A stretch of DNA of 64,000 bases. Origin: Promethearchaeota archaeon (GTDB taxonomy: Archaea > Asgardarchaeota > Lokiarchaeia > Sigyniarchaeales > SOKP01). The DNA lies in NCBI GenBank assembly GCA_019058445.1, contig JAHPZA010000006.1, positions 160,001 to 224,000 of the forward strand, written 5' to 3'. A model generated the notes under the pieces. That model did not search any database and had not been told where the DNA came from. It saw only the letters and a list, made by a program, of their open reading frames with translations. This document shows, one piece after another, positions 1-9,919 of this stretch; within the stretch, counting starts at the first letter, position 1; each line of letters opens with the position of its first letter. The position numbers and the translations under genes were made by a program.

Positions 1-1
1 C

Positions 2-436
2 TTTGGATGCGATGATATTATGTATAATTTGCCTACGGCAACTATTGCTTCCAAGAAGATTTATAAAAAAGTAGGTATCAAGGATCCCATAAAAGATCTT
101 GATGTTGCTGAAATTTACGAGCCTACTTCGTGGGCTGAGCTCGCTTGGACAGAGGCGTTGGGTTTTTGCGATTTTGGTAAGGGACATACCTTATTGGATG
201 AAGGTATTAGTAAAATGGGTGGTGAAATGCCAGTAAATCCCTCAGGTGGCGTTTTAAGTACCAATCCAATTGGTGCGACTGCATTAGTTCGATTCGCAGA
301 GGCAGCTATTCAAATTATGGGAAGAGGTGGAAAAAGGCAAGTCCCAGATGCTGAAGTTGCTATGGGTATGGGATTTGGTGGTAGTTTATGGACAGAATTA
401 TGCATATTGGGCAAAGACCCAAAACCAGTGAGGTGA
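2..436 (+). CDS. Thiolase-like (SCP2-type/Ltp3-like) protein, C-terminal part; 5' end lies outside the window
   Basis: Frame open from position 2. Motifs DVAEIYEP, PVNPSGGVLSTNPIGA and RQV...GFGG of the thiolase C-terminal domain; followed by two DUF35 genes. Confidence 0.85.
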   Translation, partial: FGCDDIMYNLPTATIASKKIYKKVGIKDPIKDLDVAEIYEPTSWAELAWTEALGFCDFGKGHTLLDEGISKMGGEMPVNPSGGVLSTNPIGATALVRFAEAAIQIMGRGGKRQVPDAEVAMGMGFGGSLWTELCILGKDPKPVR

Positions 437-443
437 TTATAAA

Positions 444-956
444 ATGGTAAGACAAAAAGGAGAATTTCAAATCAGATGGAAAACCGATCTTCCCTATAGA
501 TGGGCAATCGGAAAACTTGCGGTTAAATATTTTGAAGAACTTAAAAAAAGGAAAATTATGGGGTCAAAATGTCCGAAATGTGGGAAGATGTATATGCCGC
601 CAAGAGGGGTTTGTGCTGATTGTTTTGTGGAAATGACAGTAGATGATATGGTAGAACTTTCTCGAAAAGGTACGTTAATGGGGTTCACAGTAGTGAATTA
701 TCCTTTTGTAGATCCCAATACTGGTGCGATGAGACCGTTCCCTTATGGATACGTAATTTGTCAGCTAGATGGAGCCGATACATATCTTATGCACTTTTGC
801 GATGAAATTGACCATACCAAATTCAAAATCGGACAGCGTGTTGAAGCCGTTTTTTGCGACGAGCTACCTAAGGATCATGAAAGTTATCGCCCTGAGTTAA
901 AAGGTGATATCTACGACATTCCATTTATTAGACTATTAAAAGATGAGGAGGTATAA
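444..956 (+). CDS. DUF35 family Zn-ribbon/OB-fold protein (thiolase partner)
   Basis: GSKCPKCG...PPRGVCADC zinc ribbon, LDGAD motif, RVEAVF; SD GAGGTGA upstream. Confidence 0.9.
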   Translation: MVRQKGEFQIRWKTDLPYRWAIGKLAVKYFEELKKRKIMGSKCPKCGKMYMPPRGVCADCFVEMTVDDMVELSRKGTLMGFTVVNYPFVDPNTGAMRPFPYGYVICQLDGADTYLMHFCDEIDHTKFKIGQRVEAVFCDELPKDHESYRPELKGDIYDIPFIRLLKDEEV

Positions 957-969
957 CGGAGGGATAAAA

Positions 970-1413
970 ATGAGTGATGATAAGAGAGTATTTGAGGGAA
1001 GAATCAAAGTACCATATAAGCATACTGCCGGAGCTTATGTAGAAAAGTTTTTAACCGAAATCGGCCAAAATCGCAAAATAATGGGTGTTAAGTGTCCAAA
1101 GTGCAAAAAAGTATTTGTTCCACCGAAAATGGTGTGCTTTGAGTGTTTTGAGAAGATGGAAGAGTGGGTAGAAGTCGGAAACCAAGGTACTCTTAAAGGT
1201 TTTACAGTTGTTACACATAAAACTGATGTTATGCCCTTAAAACCTCCTTTTGCCTATGGGATAATCAGACTCGATGGTGCTGATACTGATATCGTACATT
1301 TAATAAAGGAAAGTGATCCAAACAAGCTTAAAGCAGGTATGCGAGTTGAGGCTAGTTTTTATGCGAAACCAAGAAAAAGAATCCTAGATATAGAATATTT
1401 TAAACCAATCTAA
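970..1413 (+). CDS. DUF35 family Zn-ribbon/OB-fold protein
   Basis: CPKC...PPKMVCFEC and IRLDGAD. The ATG at 970 (after GAGGG) is preferred over the overlapping start at 943. Confidence 0.88.
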   Translation: MSDDKRVFEGRIKVPYKHTAGAYVEKFLTEIGQNRKIMGVKCPKCKKVFVPPKMVCFECFEKMEEWVEVGNQGTLKGFTVVTHKTDVMPLKPPFAYGIIRLDGADTDIVHLIKESDPNKLKAGMRVEASFYAKPRKRILDIEYFKPI

Positions 1414-1524
1414 TTTTTTTTTATTTTCTAATTCTATTATATATTCGAATGAAAGGTCATATCATTAAAATTGAGATCAGTTCGGAAAGATTATGTGTAA
1501 AAGGTATATTTAAATATTCTTAGT

Positions 1525-2004
1525 ATGAAAGGATATCGAATAGTAGAAAAAAAAACTCCAATAGTAGGCCCATTAAAAGATGATTATGAATTATTTGATC
1601 TTCTTGACGCTTTAAAAGAGGAGATAGTTAAATATATATGGTCAGTTTCTGATTATGAGGTTTTTACGACAGGAGTTATTATTCCTAAATTTAGAGATTT
1701 ATCTCCAAATAATTTATTTTAGATTTCAGGAAAAGGACTTTATAAAATTTCAAAGTCAATTACTAGTACTATTTGAGACGCATTTTTAGCATATTTCCCT
1801 CATGAAGCTCCATTTGAATATGTTGAAATTCCGTATTCGAAAGGGAGACCACCCTCTATCCAACATCCAAAAGCAATTATTGAGATTCAAGCTGTTGATG
1901 GGGGATATTATGAAATTTTTTCAAAAGACTCAAATGTATATAAACTCTTAAAAACACATTTTTAGGTGGAAGAAGTGTACTCACTAGAAGGGGAATATAT
2001 ATAA
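1525..2004 (+). pseudogene. Probable pseudogene (DUF2691-like) with in-frame stops
   Basis: The same frame continues past TAG 1720-1722, TGA 1774-1776 and TAG 1963-1965 with protein-like sequence (ISGKGL...AIIEIQAVDGGYYEIFSKD) to TAA 2002-2004. Family assignment is from memory of the motif. Confidence 0.6.
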
Positions 2005-2023
2005 AAAAAAAGCGATTGATAGA

Positions 2024-2803
2024 TTACTCTTTTTTAATCGTCTTTCTTAATGAGTTTTTAATTAGACCTCCCAATAAATTAGCTATATTGTATTTAATTG
2101 GATTTACTTTTACATCAAAATAAAACTTTTTGTCGTTCAAGGGTTTATAAAAATTGTAATCAGCAGTTAAGACGTCAACCATACATTCTACATCTGCAAT
2201 TGCTCTGAAAGCTGTAAATTGAATCAAATTTGAGAGACTTGGAGACCAATTACTTTTTGAAAGTTTCTTATAAAATTCTTTAGCGGCTTTAGCTACCTCT
2301 TTATGCTTCTTCTTAATAATTTTATCTTTGAGTTTAAATGGCGGAGTAATAACACCTAAAACTGTATTAGATCTAAATCCCCACGTACTAGCTACACTTT
2401 TTAAATACTCATTGACTTGTTTTAATCCCATCCCTCCTGTTGTCGATATTATCATAGCATCTTGTTTAAAAAATTGAGGACGATGACCATTATAAGCAAG
2501 TCTATCAATAAAATTTTTCATTAAAGCGGTAACATTAAACATATATACAGGAGAAGTAAATACTACTCCATTTGAGTCTAACATTTGTTTTAGTATATTA
2601 TCTCTATCATCTTTGAGAGGGCAATGCTCTTCTCCAATTCCTATACAGTTAAAACATCCAATACACCGCTTTAAATTAGATTCCCTAAGAAAAAGATAAT
2701 TAAAGTCTACATTATCGTATTTTTTTAAGTTTTCCTCAAATTGTTGAGTAATTTTGTAGGTATTACCCTTGTGAGGACTTCCCATAATTGCTAACACTTT
2801 CAT
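2024..2803 (-). CDS. NADPH-dependent FMN reductase / iron-sulfur flavoprotein family
   Basis: MKVLAIMGSP..GNT, CIGCFNC...C and SPVY...MKNFIDR motifs. Confidence 0.88.
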   Translation of the reverse strand: MKVLAIMGSPHKGNTYKITQQFEENLKKYDNVDFNYLFLRESNLKRCIGCFNCIGIGEEHCPLKDDRDNILKQMLDSNGVVFTSPVYMFNVTALMKNFIDRLAYNGHRPQFFKQDAMIISTTGGMGLKQVNEYLKSVASTWGFRSNTVLGVITPPFKLKDKIIKKKHKEVAKAAKEFYKKLSKSNWSPSLSNLIQFTAFRAIADVECMVDVLTADYNFYKPLNDKKFYFDVKVNPIKYNIANLLGGLIKNSLRKTIKKE

Positions 2804-2871
2804 ATTATCAACTAAAATTTTTTTTTTTATTAATTTTTTTTAATAGAAACAGATTTAAGAAATATTTAGTT

Positions 2872-3987
2872 TTAATCAGCTGTTAATTTTATAGGGGGCA
2901 CAAAAACATATCTCTGACCTGTTCTTTCCAAATGAATTGCTTCTTCTGGACAATGATGAGCACACACTCCGCACCCTATACATTTATCTTCGTTTACTTC
3001 TGCAACTGTATCTACTAATTCGATGGTTTCCATAGGACACATCTCAACACATGTTCCACAACCGATACAATCTTCCCTATTCACTTTCGCTAAATAGGAG
3101 GTTGATGTAAAAAATGGCGAAGCACCTCGATAATATAGTTCGAAACCCCCACAACAACACTTACAGCAGTTGCATATCGCTTCTATTTCTCTCTTAGGAT
3201 CTAAATGCACGTGAAACACGCGATGGACGAGTGCTTCATTTTCTGCCTGACGCAATATTTTTATTGTCTCCTCTTTTGAGATTGGTTGCGCAAAACCTTG
3301 TTCTACTGCGTGTTTAGCACCCTTACCTAAAAGTAAACAATTAAGCTTTTCATCAGTAACTTTACAAGGATTATCAACAAGATCTTTCTCGTGTCGGCAA
3401 TAGCAATTCGTTAACGCAATCAACTCATAATCATCAAGCAGATTAATAATATTTTCGCCAGGAATTACTTCTTCCTGTCCAACTTTAACCTCTTTCTCAA
3501 CGGGAACAACGCGGGCAGTTGGCATCTCTCTAATTTTTTTGAATTGCGAAGTTATAGCATCATAATTTTTTTGAGTTCTATCGGTCATCTCATCAAATAA
3601 TTTTTCAAATAAATGGGCTATTATTTTCTGTTTTTCTCCAGTTTCACCTTTCATCATAGTATATTCGAAAATTCCAGGGAAAGGGCCCAGGAGTCTATAA
3701 ACATCCATTCCCGTAGTTCTACTTTGAGATTTAACAAGTACCCCACCTGCTAATAACTCCTTGAGTAATCTTTTTACATCTTTTTCCTCAAATTCACCCT
3801 CTGTTCTTTCTAAAATTTGAGCCATATTCAATGAGGGTTTTCTAAAATGTAAAAGGAGTCTCGCTTGTTCTTCATTGATTAAATTTTGTAATATTTCTAT
3901 GATAATTCTATCATAATCCTTAGGAAATGGAACTGCTCCAGCTGTAGCAACTACACGGACAACTTTTTGCCATAGTTTTTCTGACAT
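2872..3987 (-). CDS. 4Fe-4S dicluster protein with N-terminal wHTH-like region and Cys cluster (paralog 1 of 3)
   Basis: CYCRH, CNCCKCCCG and two CxxCxxCxxxCP motifs. Confidence 0.85.
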   Translation of the reverse strand: MSEKLWQKVVRVVATAGAVPFPKDYDRIIIEILQNLINEEQARLLLHFRKPSLNMAQILERTEGEFEEKDVKRLLKELLAGGVLVKSQSRTTGMDVYRLLGPFPGIFEYTMMKGETGEKQKIIAHLFEKLFDEMTDRTQKNYDAITSQFKKIREMPTARVVPVEKEVKVGQEEVIPGENIINLLDDYELIALTNCYCRHEKDLVDNPCKVTDEKLNCLLLGKGAKHAVEQGFAQPISKEETIKILRQAENEALVHRVFHVHLDPKREIEAICNCCKCCCGGFELYYRGASPFFTSTSYLAKVNREDCIGCGTCVEMCPMETIELVDTVAEVNEDKCIGCGVCAHHCPEEAIHLERTGQRYVFVPPIKLTAD

Positions 3988-4187
3988 TTTTAATCATTTT
4001 TTTGAGTATGGAAATTAAGAATTAAAAAAATTTGATAACATAATAGAGTTGTGACTAAATTTGAATATCTCAATAAATTATTCTACAAACACAATGTAAC
4101 AATTACCGAATTTTCTTAGTTTTTTAAAAATAAGTGTAAATACAGAGTGTTGATATTATAAAAAGAAATTAAAAAAAAATAAAGTTA

Positions 4188-6230
4188 TTATATACTATTA
4201 CCCATTTTATAACCTCGAGCAACAGCTTCCATTACCGTTTCTGGTTTACGAGCATCTCCGATTTTCTCTACTTTAATAGTACCTAGTTGCTTGATTTCTT
4301 TATAAAGAGCATCGTTCGGTTCGACCCCGGTAGCATAATAGATATAATCTATATCACTAATTGCGTTTTCTTTACCCGAAGAGTCTGAATAATTTACATA
4401 ATTTTCGCCGATTTCAGTGACTTTTACACTTGTAAGGAATTTCACACCTAAAGCATCGCATTTATCAAGAAGTACCCATTTCGTAGTCCTTCCTAACGCA
4501 GATCCTAATTTTGGTAACATTTCAAGAACGGTAACCTTATTCCTTCCCTTATGCATCATATCTAACGCAATTTGAGGCTCTAAGGCCTTATAGAATGTAA
4601 GAAAATCAAATGCTTCACGGCTTAATGTTCCATATTTTGCAATGTATATTGCTAATTCTATACCAGTGGCTCCGCCTCCTATAATAACATTGTTCTTACC
4701 AACTGGAGCATCACCGCTTAAAGCATCATTTGCCCAATATACATTTGCTCTGTCAATACCGGGAATAGGAGGTTTTATGGGATTTGAACCAGTGGCGACA
4801 AATGCAACGTCAGGATTGAATTCTTTTACTATATCAATAGTGACATTTTGTTGGAAATGTACATTGATGCCGTATTTCTGAATCCAATAGTTATAATTAT
4901 CTATCATACGTTTAAATTCGTTTCTTCCTGGTGGAATCCAGATTATGTTTAATAACCCGCCAATTTTATCATCCTTCTCAAAAATATGAACATCATGTCC
5001 TCTAATTGCCGCTATTCTCGCAGCCTCTAATCCTCCTGCTCCTGCTCCAATAATCATAACTTTTTTCTTTTCTTTCAATGGTTTCAGTTCAGTTCGGGCT
5101 TCATTTCCCGCTCGAGCATTCCTTAAACACGTGACAGGCATCATCCTGAATACCTGGTCAAAGCATCCTTGATTGCAGCCAATACAGTTCATTATATCTC
5201 TTAATTCACCCTTTTGAGCTTTCATTGGCAGATAAGGATCAGCAATTAACCCTCTTCCAATACAAATAGCATCAGCTTTTCCGGCCATTAAAACTTGTTC
5301 GGCGAGCTCAGGGTTGTTAATTCTATTGGAAGAAAATATAGGAATAGATACACGTTTATGAATATTTTCAGCTAGGTATGTATAACATCCTTCTGGAACA
5401 TCCATTGTTAATTGTGGTGTTTTTGTTTCATGCCAACCACCTGTTACGTTGAAATAATCTAAATATTTACCTAATTCTTCTGCAATAACTACTTTTTCCT
5501 TATATGTATTGCTGCCTGGAACAAAATCATCTCCAGAAATTCGATAGCCAAGAGGGATATCGTCTACTTTAGAACGCATTAATTCAATGGTTTCAATCGG
5601 GAATCTTAAACGATTTTCAAGATCGCCCCCATATTTATCAGTTCTCTTGTTAGTTTTTGGGGAACAAAACTGATCGGTTAAATAACCAGCATTTCCGCAA
5701 ATCTCTACTGCATCGAAGCCTGCTTTCTTAGCTCTAATTGTAGCGTCGGCAAAAGCCTCTTGTTCACGCTTTATATCTTCAAGACTCATTTCCTTAGGAG
5801 TGGTCTTACTAAAATTACTATAAACTGCAGAGGGGGCAATAGGTGTTCTGCCAATTATCTGTGGGAATGCGTTTAGGCCTCAATGGTAAATCCATTTCGA
5901 GGAAGCCCCGCCATGGTATAATTGGCAACAGATCTTTACATCATCTCGAGCATTGTGTACGGCTTCAGTTAATTTCTGTAAATCAGGAATAAATTTATCG
6001 TCATCAACTGCAATCATCGATGGTAAACCCTTTGCATAAACGTCTACATAACACCCTCCTACAATTAGCATTCCAGCACCTCCCTTAGCCCTTTCAACGT
6101 AAAAATCTATCAATTTGTCAGTGATAAACCCATTTTTTGCCAAGTTGAGATGCATCGCAGGCATTATAATACGATTAGACACATCCATATCCTTTATTTT
6201 AAAAGGAGTAAATAGTTTAAAGAACTTCAT
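4188..6230 (-). CDS. fadH: 2,4-dienoyl-CoA reductase / OYE-family NADH:flavin oxidoreductase; two exons (6230-5903, 5872-4188), about 670 aa after removing a 30-nt intron
   Basis: ORF 5880-6230 (NRIIMPAM, ERAKGGAG, QLYHGG) and ORF 4188-5789 (AGFDAVEI, NKRTDKYGG, CIGCNQGC, GAGAGG) are in the same frame. Splicing gives QLYHGGAYAFPQIIGRTPIAPSA, matching the family QLxHxGxYA...P.APSA pattern. Confidence 0.85.
5873..5902 (-). other. Putative 30-nt bulge-helix-bulge (BHB) mRNA intron in the fadH-like gene
   Basis: mRNA: GCG[GGGC]UU^C CUCGAAAUGG-AUUUA-CCAUUGAG [GCCU]AA^A CGC. 4-bp central helix, two 3-nt bulges, inner and outer helices; contains the in-frame UGA. Confidence 0.85.
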
Positions 6231-6445
6231 ATCTCATACTCATTAAAAAGTTTTTTTTAACTAGAAATAAAACGGGAATTTATTAAAATTAATTGAATTT
6301 AATTTAAAATGCTTCTCTATTTAGAAATTTAAGTTTAAAAAGTAATTTATGTGCTTTGAGAAAATAAATATAAAAAGTATAAAAAATGGAGAATAAGGAA
6401 TAATTTTTTATCATTGAGCAATTATAATAATAAAATATTATACTT

Positions 6446-7285
6446 ATGGTTAGACTAAAAATGAGTAATGATGCTATATTAATTGAGGAAAATGAAGATA
6501 AAACTGTCACCACAATTAAAATGAATCGGCTCGCGAAAAAAAACGCGATCGGCTATGATATGATGGTGGGACTACTGGATGCGATTGATAAAGTTGAACG
6601 AACTAATGCGAGAGTAGTAATTATCACGGGAACTGATGATCTTTTCAGCTCTGGGATAGATCTAAACTTTTTAACGGGTCAAGACGCTGGACCTGAGGGA
6701 GTTCTTCCAGATCTAAAAGTCCCACGTAATTTTAGATACTTTGCAAATACATGGATCCATCCAATATTTACCAAAATCGAAAAAATGGAAAAGCCAGTGA
6801 TAGCTCGAATTAATGGAGTGTGCTTTGGACTGGCTTTTGAATTAGCACTCGCTTGTGATTTCCGATTCTGTTCAGAAAATGCAATATTTAGCATGCTTGA
6901 AACAAAAATAGGTATGAATCCTGATGTAGGAGGGACAATTAGGCTGGTAAGATTGGTTGGAATCCCAAATGCTAAGGATATCATCTTAACAGGAAGAAGA
7001 TTTGATGGGAACGAGGCTTATCGGTTAGGTGTGGTAAATAGGGTTGGAAAAACCCCTCAAGAGATGGATGAGATAATTAAAAATTATGTTGATGAATTAA
7101 TTGACAGTGCCCCATTAGCCGTAGGTTTGGCCAAGAAGCTTATAGATGATTGTTATGGGCAATCAACTGCTCTTGGTTTGGAATTGGAAACATTAGTGAG
7201 CTCACAATTATTACAAACCAAAGATGCGATGAGTGGTGCACTTGCCCGTTTACAAAAAACTAAAGCCAAATGGAGATGGAAATAA
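6446..7285 (+). CDS. Enoyl-CoA hydratase/isomerase (crotonase)
   Basis: FSSGIDL, KPVIARING...GLAFELALACDFR, ETKIG..PD.GG. Confidence 0.92.
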   Translation: MVRLKMSNDAILIEENEDKTVTTIKMNRLAKKNAIGYDMMVGLLDAIDKVERTNARVVIITGTDDLFSSGIDLNFLTGQDAGPEGVLPDLKVPRNFRYFANTWIHPIFTKIEKMEKPVIARINGVCFGLAFELALACDFRFCSENAIFSMLETKIGMNPDVGGTIRLVRLVGIPNAKDIILTGRRFDGNEAYRLGVVNRVGKTPQEMDEIIKNYVDELIDSAPLAVGLAKKLIDDCYGQSTALGLELETLVSSQLLQTKDAMSGALARLQKTKAKWRWK

Positions 7286-7388
7286 TTTTTTTTAATAATT
7301 TCATTCTTTTTTCTTTTTAATATTTAAGTCATTAGATTATAAAACTCATATTCAATGGTTTTTAAGATAATAATAATTCTGTATAACT

Positions 7389-8489
7389 ATGTCAGATAAG
7401 ATGTGGTATAACCTTGCCAGAAAGATTTTAAGATCTGGGGGACCTCCAGTCCCTGTTAATGAGACACTAATTGATTTACTAAAAACAGTTTTAGACGAAA
7501 ATGAAGAACAAGTGCAATTTCTTTTACAATTTAGTAAGCCCCTTAGATTAGATCAAATCAAGGAAAAGGTAGCTTTAGATAATGACACCCTAAACAAAAT
7601 GCTGGATGATTTAATGCATGTTGGACTGCTAACTGGAATTCCAAGTAGAAGTACCGGAGTTATGATATATCGTTTAGTCGCTTTTTTACCTGGTTTACTT
7701 GAATTCACGCTTATGAGAGGAGAAACTGGGGAAAAACAAAAGAAATTGGCACAAATATGGGATAAGCTATTTAAAGAAGGAGCTGAAATGCTTCAAAAGA
7801 ATTTTGAGATTGCCATGGAAGCTTATAAGAATGCTCCTGCGATTGATAGAGTTGTTCCAGTTGAAGAACAAATAGATCCACAAGAAGAGAAGATTATTCC
7901 AGTTGAAGAAGTGCATAAAATCGTTGATAGATATGATGATATTGGGGTATCTTATTGTTATTGTAGACATAGAAAAGACTTGCTTAATGATCCATGTGAG
8001 GTTGATGCCCCACGACATAATTGTTTGAGTTTTGGCAGGACAGCGAAATTTGCTATAGATTACGACTTTGCCGAGCGAATAACTAAGGAGGAAGCATTAA
8101 AGTTATTGAGAGAGGCCGAAGATTTGGGTTTGGTTCATAAGACATTTCATGTAAGAGGAAATCCAGAAATGGAAGAATTAGCGATATGTAATTGTTGTAA
8201 ATGCTGTTGCGGGAGTCTGTCTGCATATCATAAAGGTACGGGCCCCATGCACACTCTATCTTCCTATATGGCAAAAATCAATAAAGATAAGTGTGTTGGT
8301 TGCGGTACGTGTGTTGAAAAATGTCCGATGGAAGCAATTGAACTAATTAATAATGTAGCGAAGCTTAATGCTGCTAAATGTATTGGATGTGGAGTGTGCG
8401 CACATCTTTGCCCAGAAAAAGCGATAAAATTAACCAGAACTGGATTGCGGGATATATTTATCATTCCTCAGCAATCTACGGCTAATTAA
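7389..8489 (+). CDS. 4Fe-4S dicluster protein (paralog 2)
   Basis: CYCRH, CNCCKCCCG and two ferredoxin motifs; similar to 2872-3987. Confidence 0.85.
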   Translation: MSDKMWYNLARKILRSGGPPVPVNETLIDLLKTVLDENEEQVQFLLQFSKPLRLDQIKEKVALDNDTLNKMLDDLMHVGLLTGIPSRSTGVMIYRLVAFLPGLLEFTLMRGETGEKQKKLAQIWDKLFKEGAEMLQKNFEIAMEAYKNAPAIDRVVPVEEQIDPQEEKIIPVEEVHKIVDRYDDIGVSYCYCRHRKDLLNDPCEVDAPRHNCLSFGRTAKFAIDYDFAERITKEEALKLLREAEDLGLVHKTFHVRGNPEMEELAICNCCKCCCGSLSAYHKGTGPMHTLSSYMAKINKDKCVGCGTCVEKCPMEAIELINNVAKLNAAKCIGCGVCAHLCPEKAIKLTRTGLRDIFIIPQQSTAN

Positions 8490-8597
8490 TTAAATTACTA
8501 AATTTAATTCATTCTCTTTTTTACAGCTTATTAATAAAAGCAGTTTTAGAAATATCATGAATAATTTTTAAATGAAGTATTAATTTTGGGAAATATC

Positions 8598-9695
8598 ATG
8601 TCTGAAAAAGAATGGGTAAAGTTAGCAAAAAATATCATGAAGGCTGGAGAAATGCCCATGCCGATTAATGAACCTTTAATTGATTTAATTAAGGAAATGG
8701 TGAATGAGGAACAATTAAAATTTCTCCTAAATTTTAGAAAACCTTCTTATACCCTTGATCAGATTAAAGCATGGACAGAATTAGATGATGAGTCACTTAA
8801 CAAAATGCTTGCTGATTTAATGTACATAGGGATGGTGACCGGAATTCCAAGTAGGCGGACAGGAATAATGGTATATCGTTTAGTAGCATTTCTCCCTGGG
8901 ATGCTTGAGTTTACTTTAATGAGGGGTGAGACTGGCGAAAAACAAAAACGATTGGCTAAAATCTGGGAACGATTCTTTGATGAAATGAAAGCGGGGACTC
9001 AAAAATATTATGATACTATCGTGAATGTGTTTAAAAATGCGCCTCCTCTTGATAGAGTTGTTCCTATTGATGAGGAAATTGAAGTTCAAGAGGATAATGT
9101 ATATCCTTTTGAGGATGTAAAAAAAATTATAGAAAAAACTGATATTATTGGAGTTCAATATTGTTACTGCCGACATCTAAAAGATTTATTGGATGATCCA
9201 TGCAAAATAGATGCTCCACGGAGAAATTGTTTTAGTTTTGGTCGAACTGCTAAATTTTGTATAGAGCAGGGATTCTCAACAGAAATATCTAAAGAAGAGG
9301 CAATAAAATTATTAAAAGAAGCTCAAGACGCAGGTTTAGTTCATAAAGCTCTCCATAGCCGCGCAAATCCAGAATTAGAAGAAATTGGTATGTGTAATTG
9401 CTGCAAATGTTGCTGCGGAAGCCTTTCCATGTTTCACAACGGAACAGCTCCAACCTCAACTATAACATCCTACATGGCAAAAATTCATAAAGATACATGT
9501 GTTGGTTGTGGAACTTGTGTCGAAAAATGTCCTATGGAGGCAATACAATTAAATAATGGAATAGCAAAGCTTCAAGCCGCAAAATGCATAGGGTGCGGTG
9601 TGTGCGCATACCATTGTCCTGAAAAAGCTATTACATTGAATAGAACGGGACTTAGAAAAGTCTTTGTCCCTCCCCCTAGATTAGAGTCTAATTAA
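8598..9695 (+). CDS. 4Fe-4S dicluster protein (paralog 3, tandem duplicate of 7389-8489)
   Basis: Same motifs. ATG 8598 (MSEKEW) aligns with the paralog N-termini. Confidence 0.85.
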   Translation: MSEKEWVKLAKNIMKAGEMPMPINEPLIDLIKEMVNEEQLKFLLNFRKPSYTLDQIKAWTELDDESLNKMLADLMYIGMVTGIPSRRTGIMVYRLVAFLPGMLEFTLMRGETGEKQKRLAKIWERFFDEMKAGTQKYYDTIVNVFKNAPPLDRVVPIDEEIEVQEDNVYPFEDVKKIIEKTDIIGVQYCYCRHLKDLLDDPCKIDAPRRNCFSFGRTAKFCIEQGFSTEISKEEAIKLLKEAQDAGLVHKALHSRANPELEEIGMCNCCKCCCGSLSMFHNGTAPTSTITSYMAKIHKDTCVGCGTCVEKCPMEAIQLNNGIAKLQAAKCIGCGVCAYHCPEKAITLNRTGLRKVFVPPPRLESN

Positions 9696-9919
9696 TTTAT
9701 TACTTTTTTCAAATTCTTTAAGGATTTTTAATTTTTGACTCGTTATGTTTCTATAAATATAACGTAGTTTATTTTAGTAGTGTTTGGTTAAAAAACAGTT
9801 AAATATATTTAGTATAAAAATTCAAATTCTAATTAACAACATTTATTGAAAAGAAACCTAAAGTTAAGTACAATTTTGGAAAAAAATAAAATTTACAATA
9901 ATAAAATAGGAGAAAAAAA

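Noticed and set aside
855-890. Extra CDELPKDHESY segment in the DUF35 protein as a stop-free intron
   Set aside because: The best helix (GCGA/UCGC) implies a 31-nt excision, which would break the frame; more likely a protein loop.
5880-5882. In-frame TGA in the fadH-like gene read as selenocysteine
   Set aside because: The position is not a family Cys site, and read-through would leave 10 extra residues inside a conserved motif. The BHB intron explains it exactly.
6677-6716. Possible 33-nt in-frame intron in the crotonase (GGUC/GAUC helix)
   Set aside because: There is no outer helix, the 5' bulge would be 7 nt, and the ORF is already intact.
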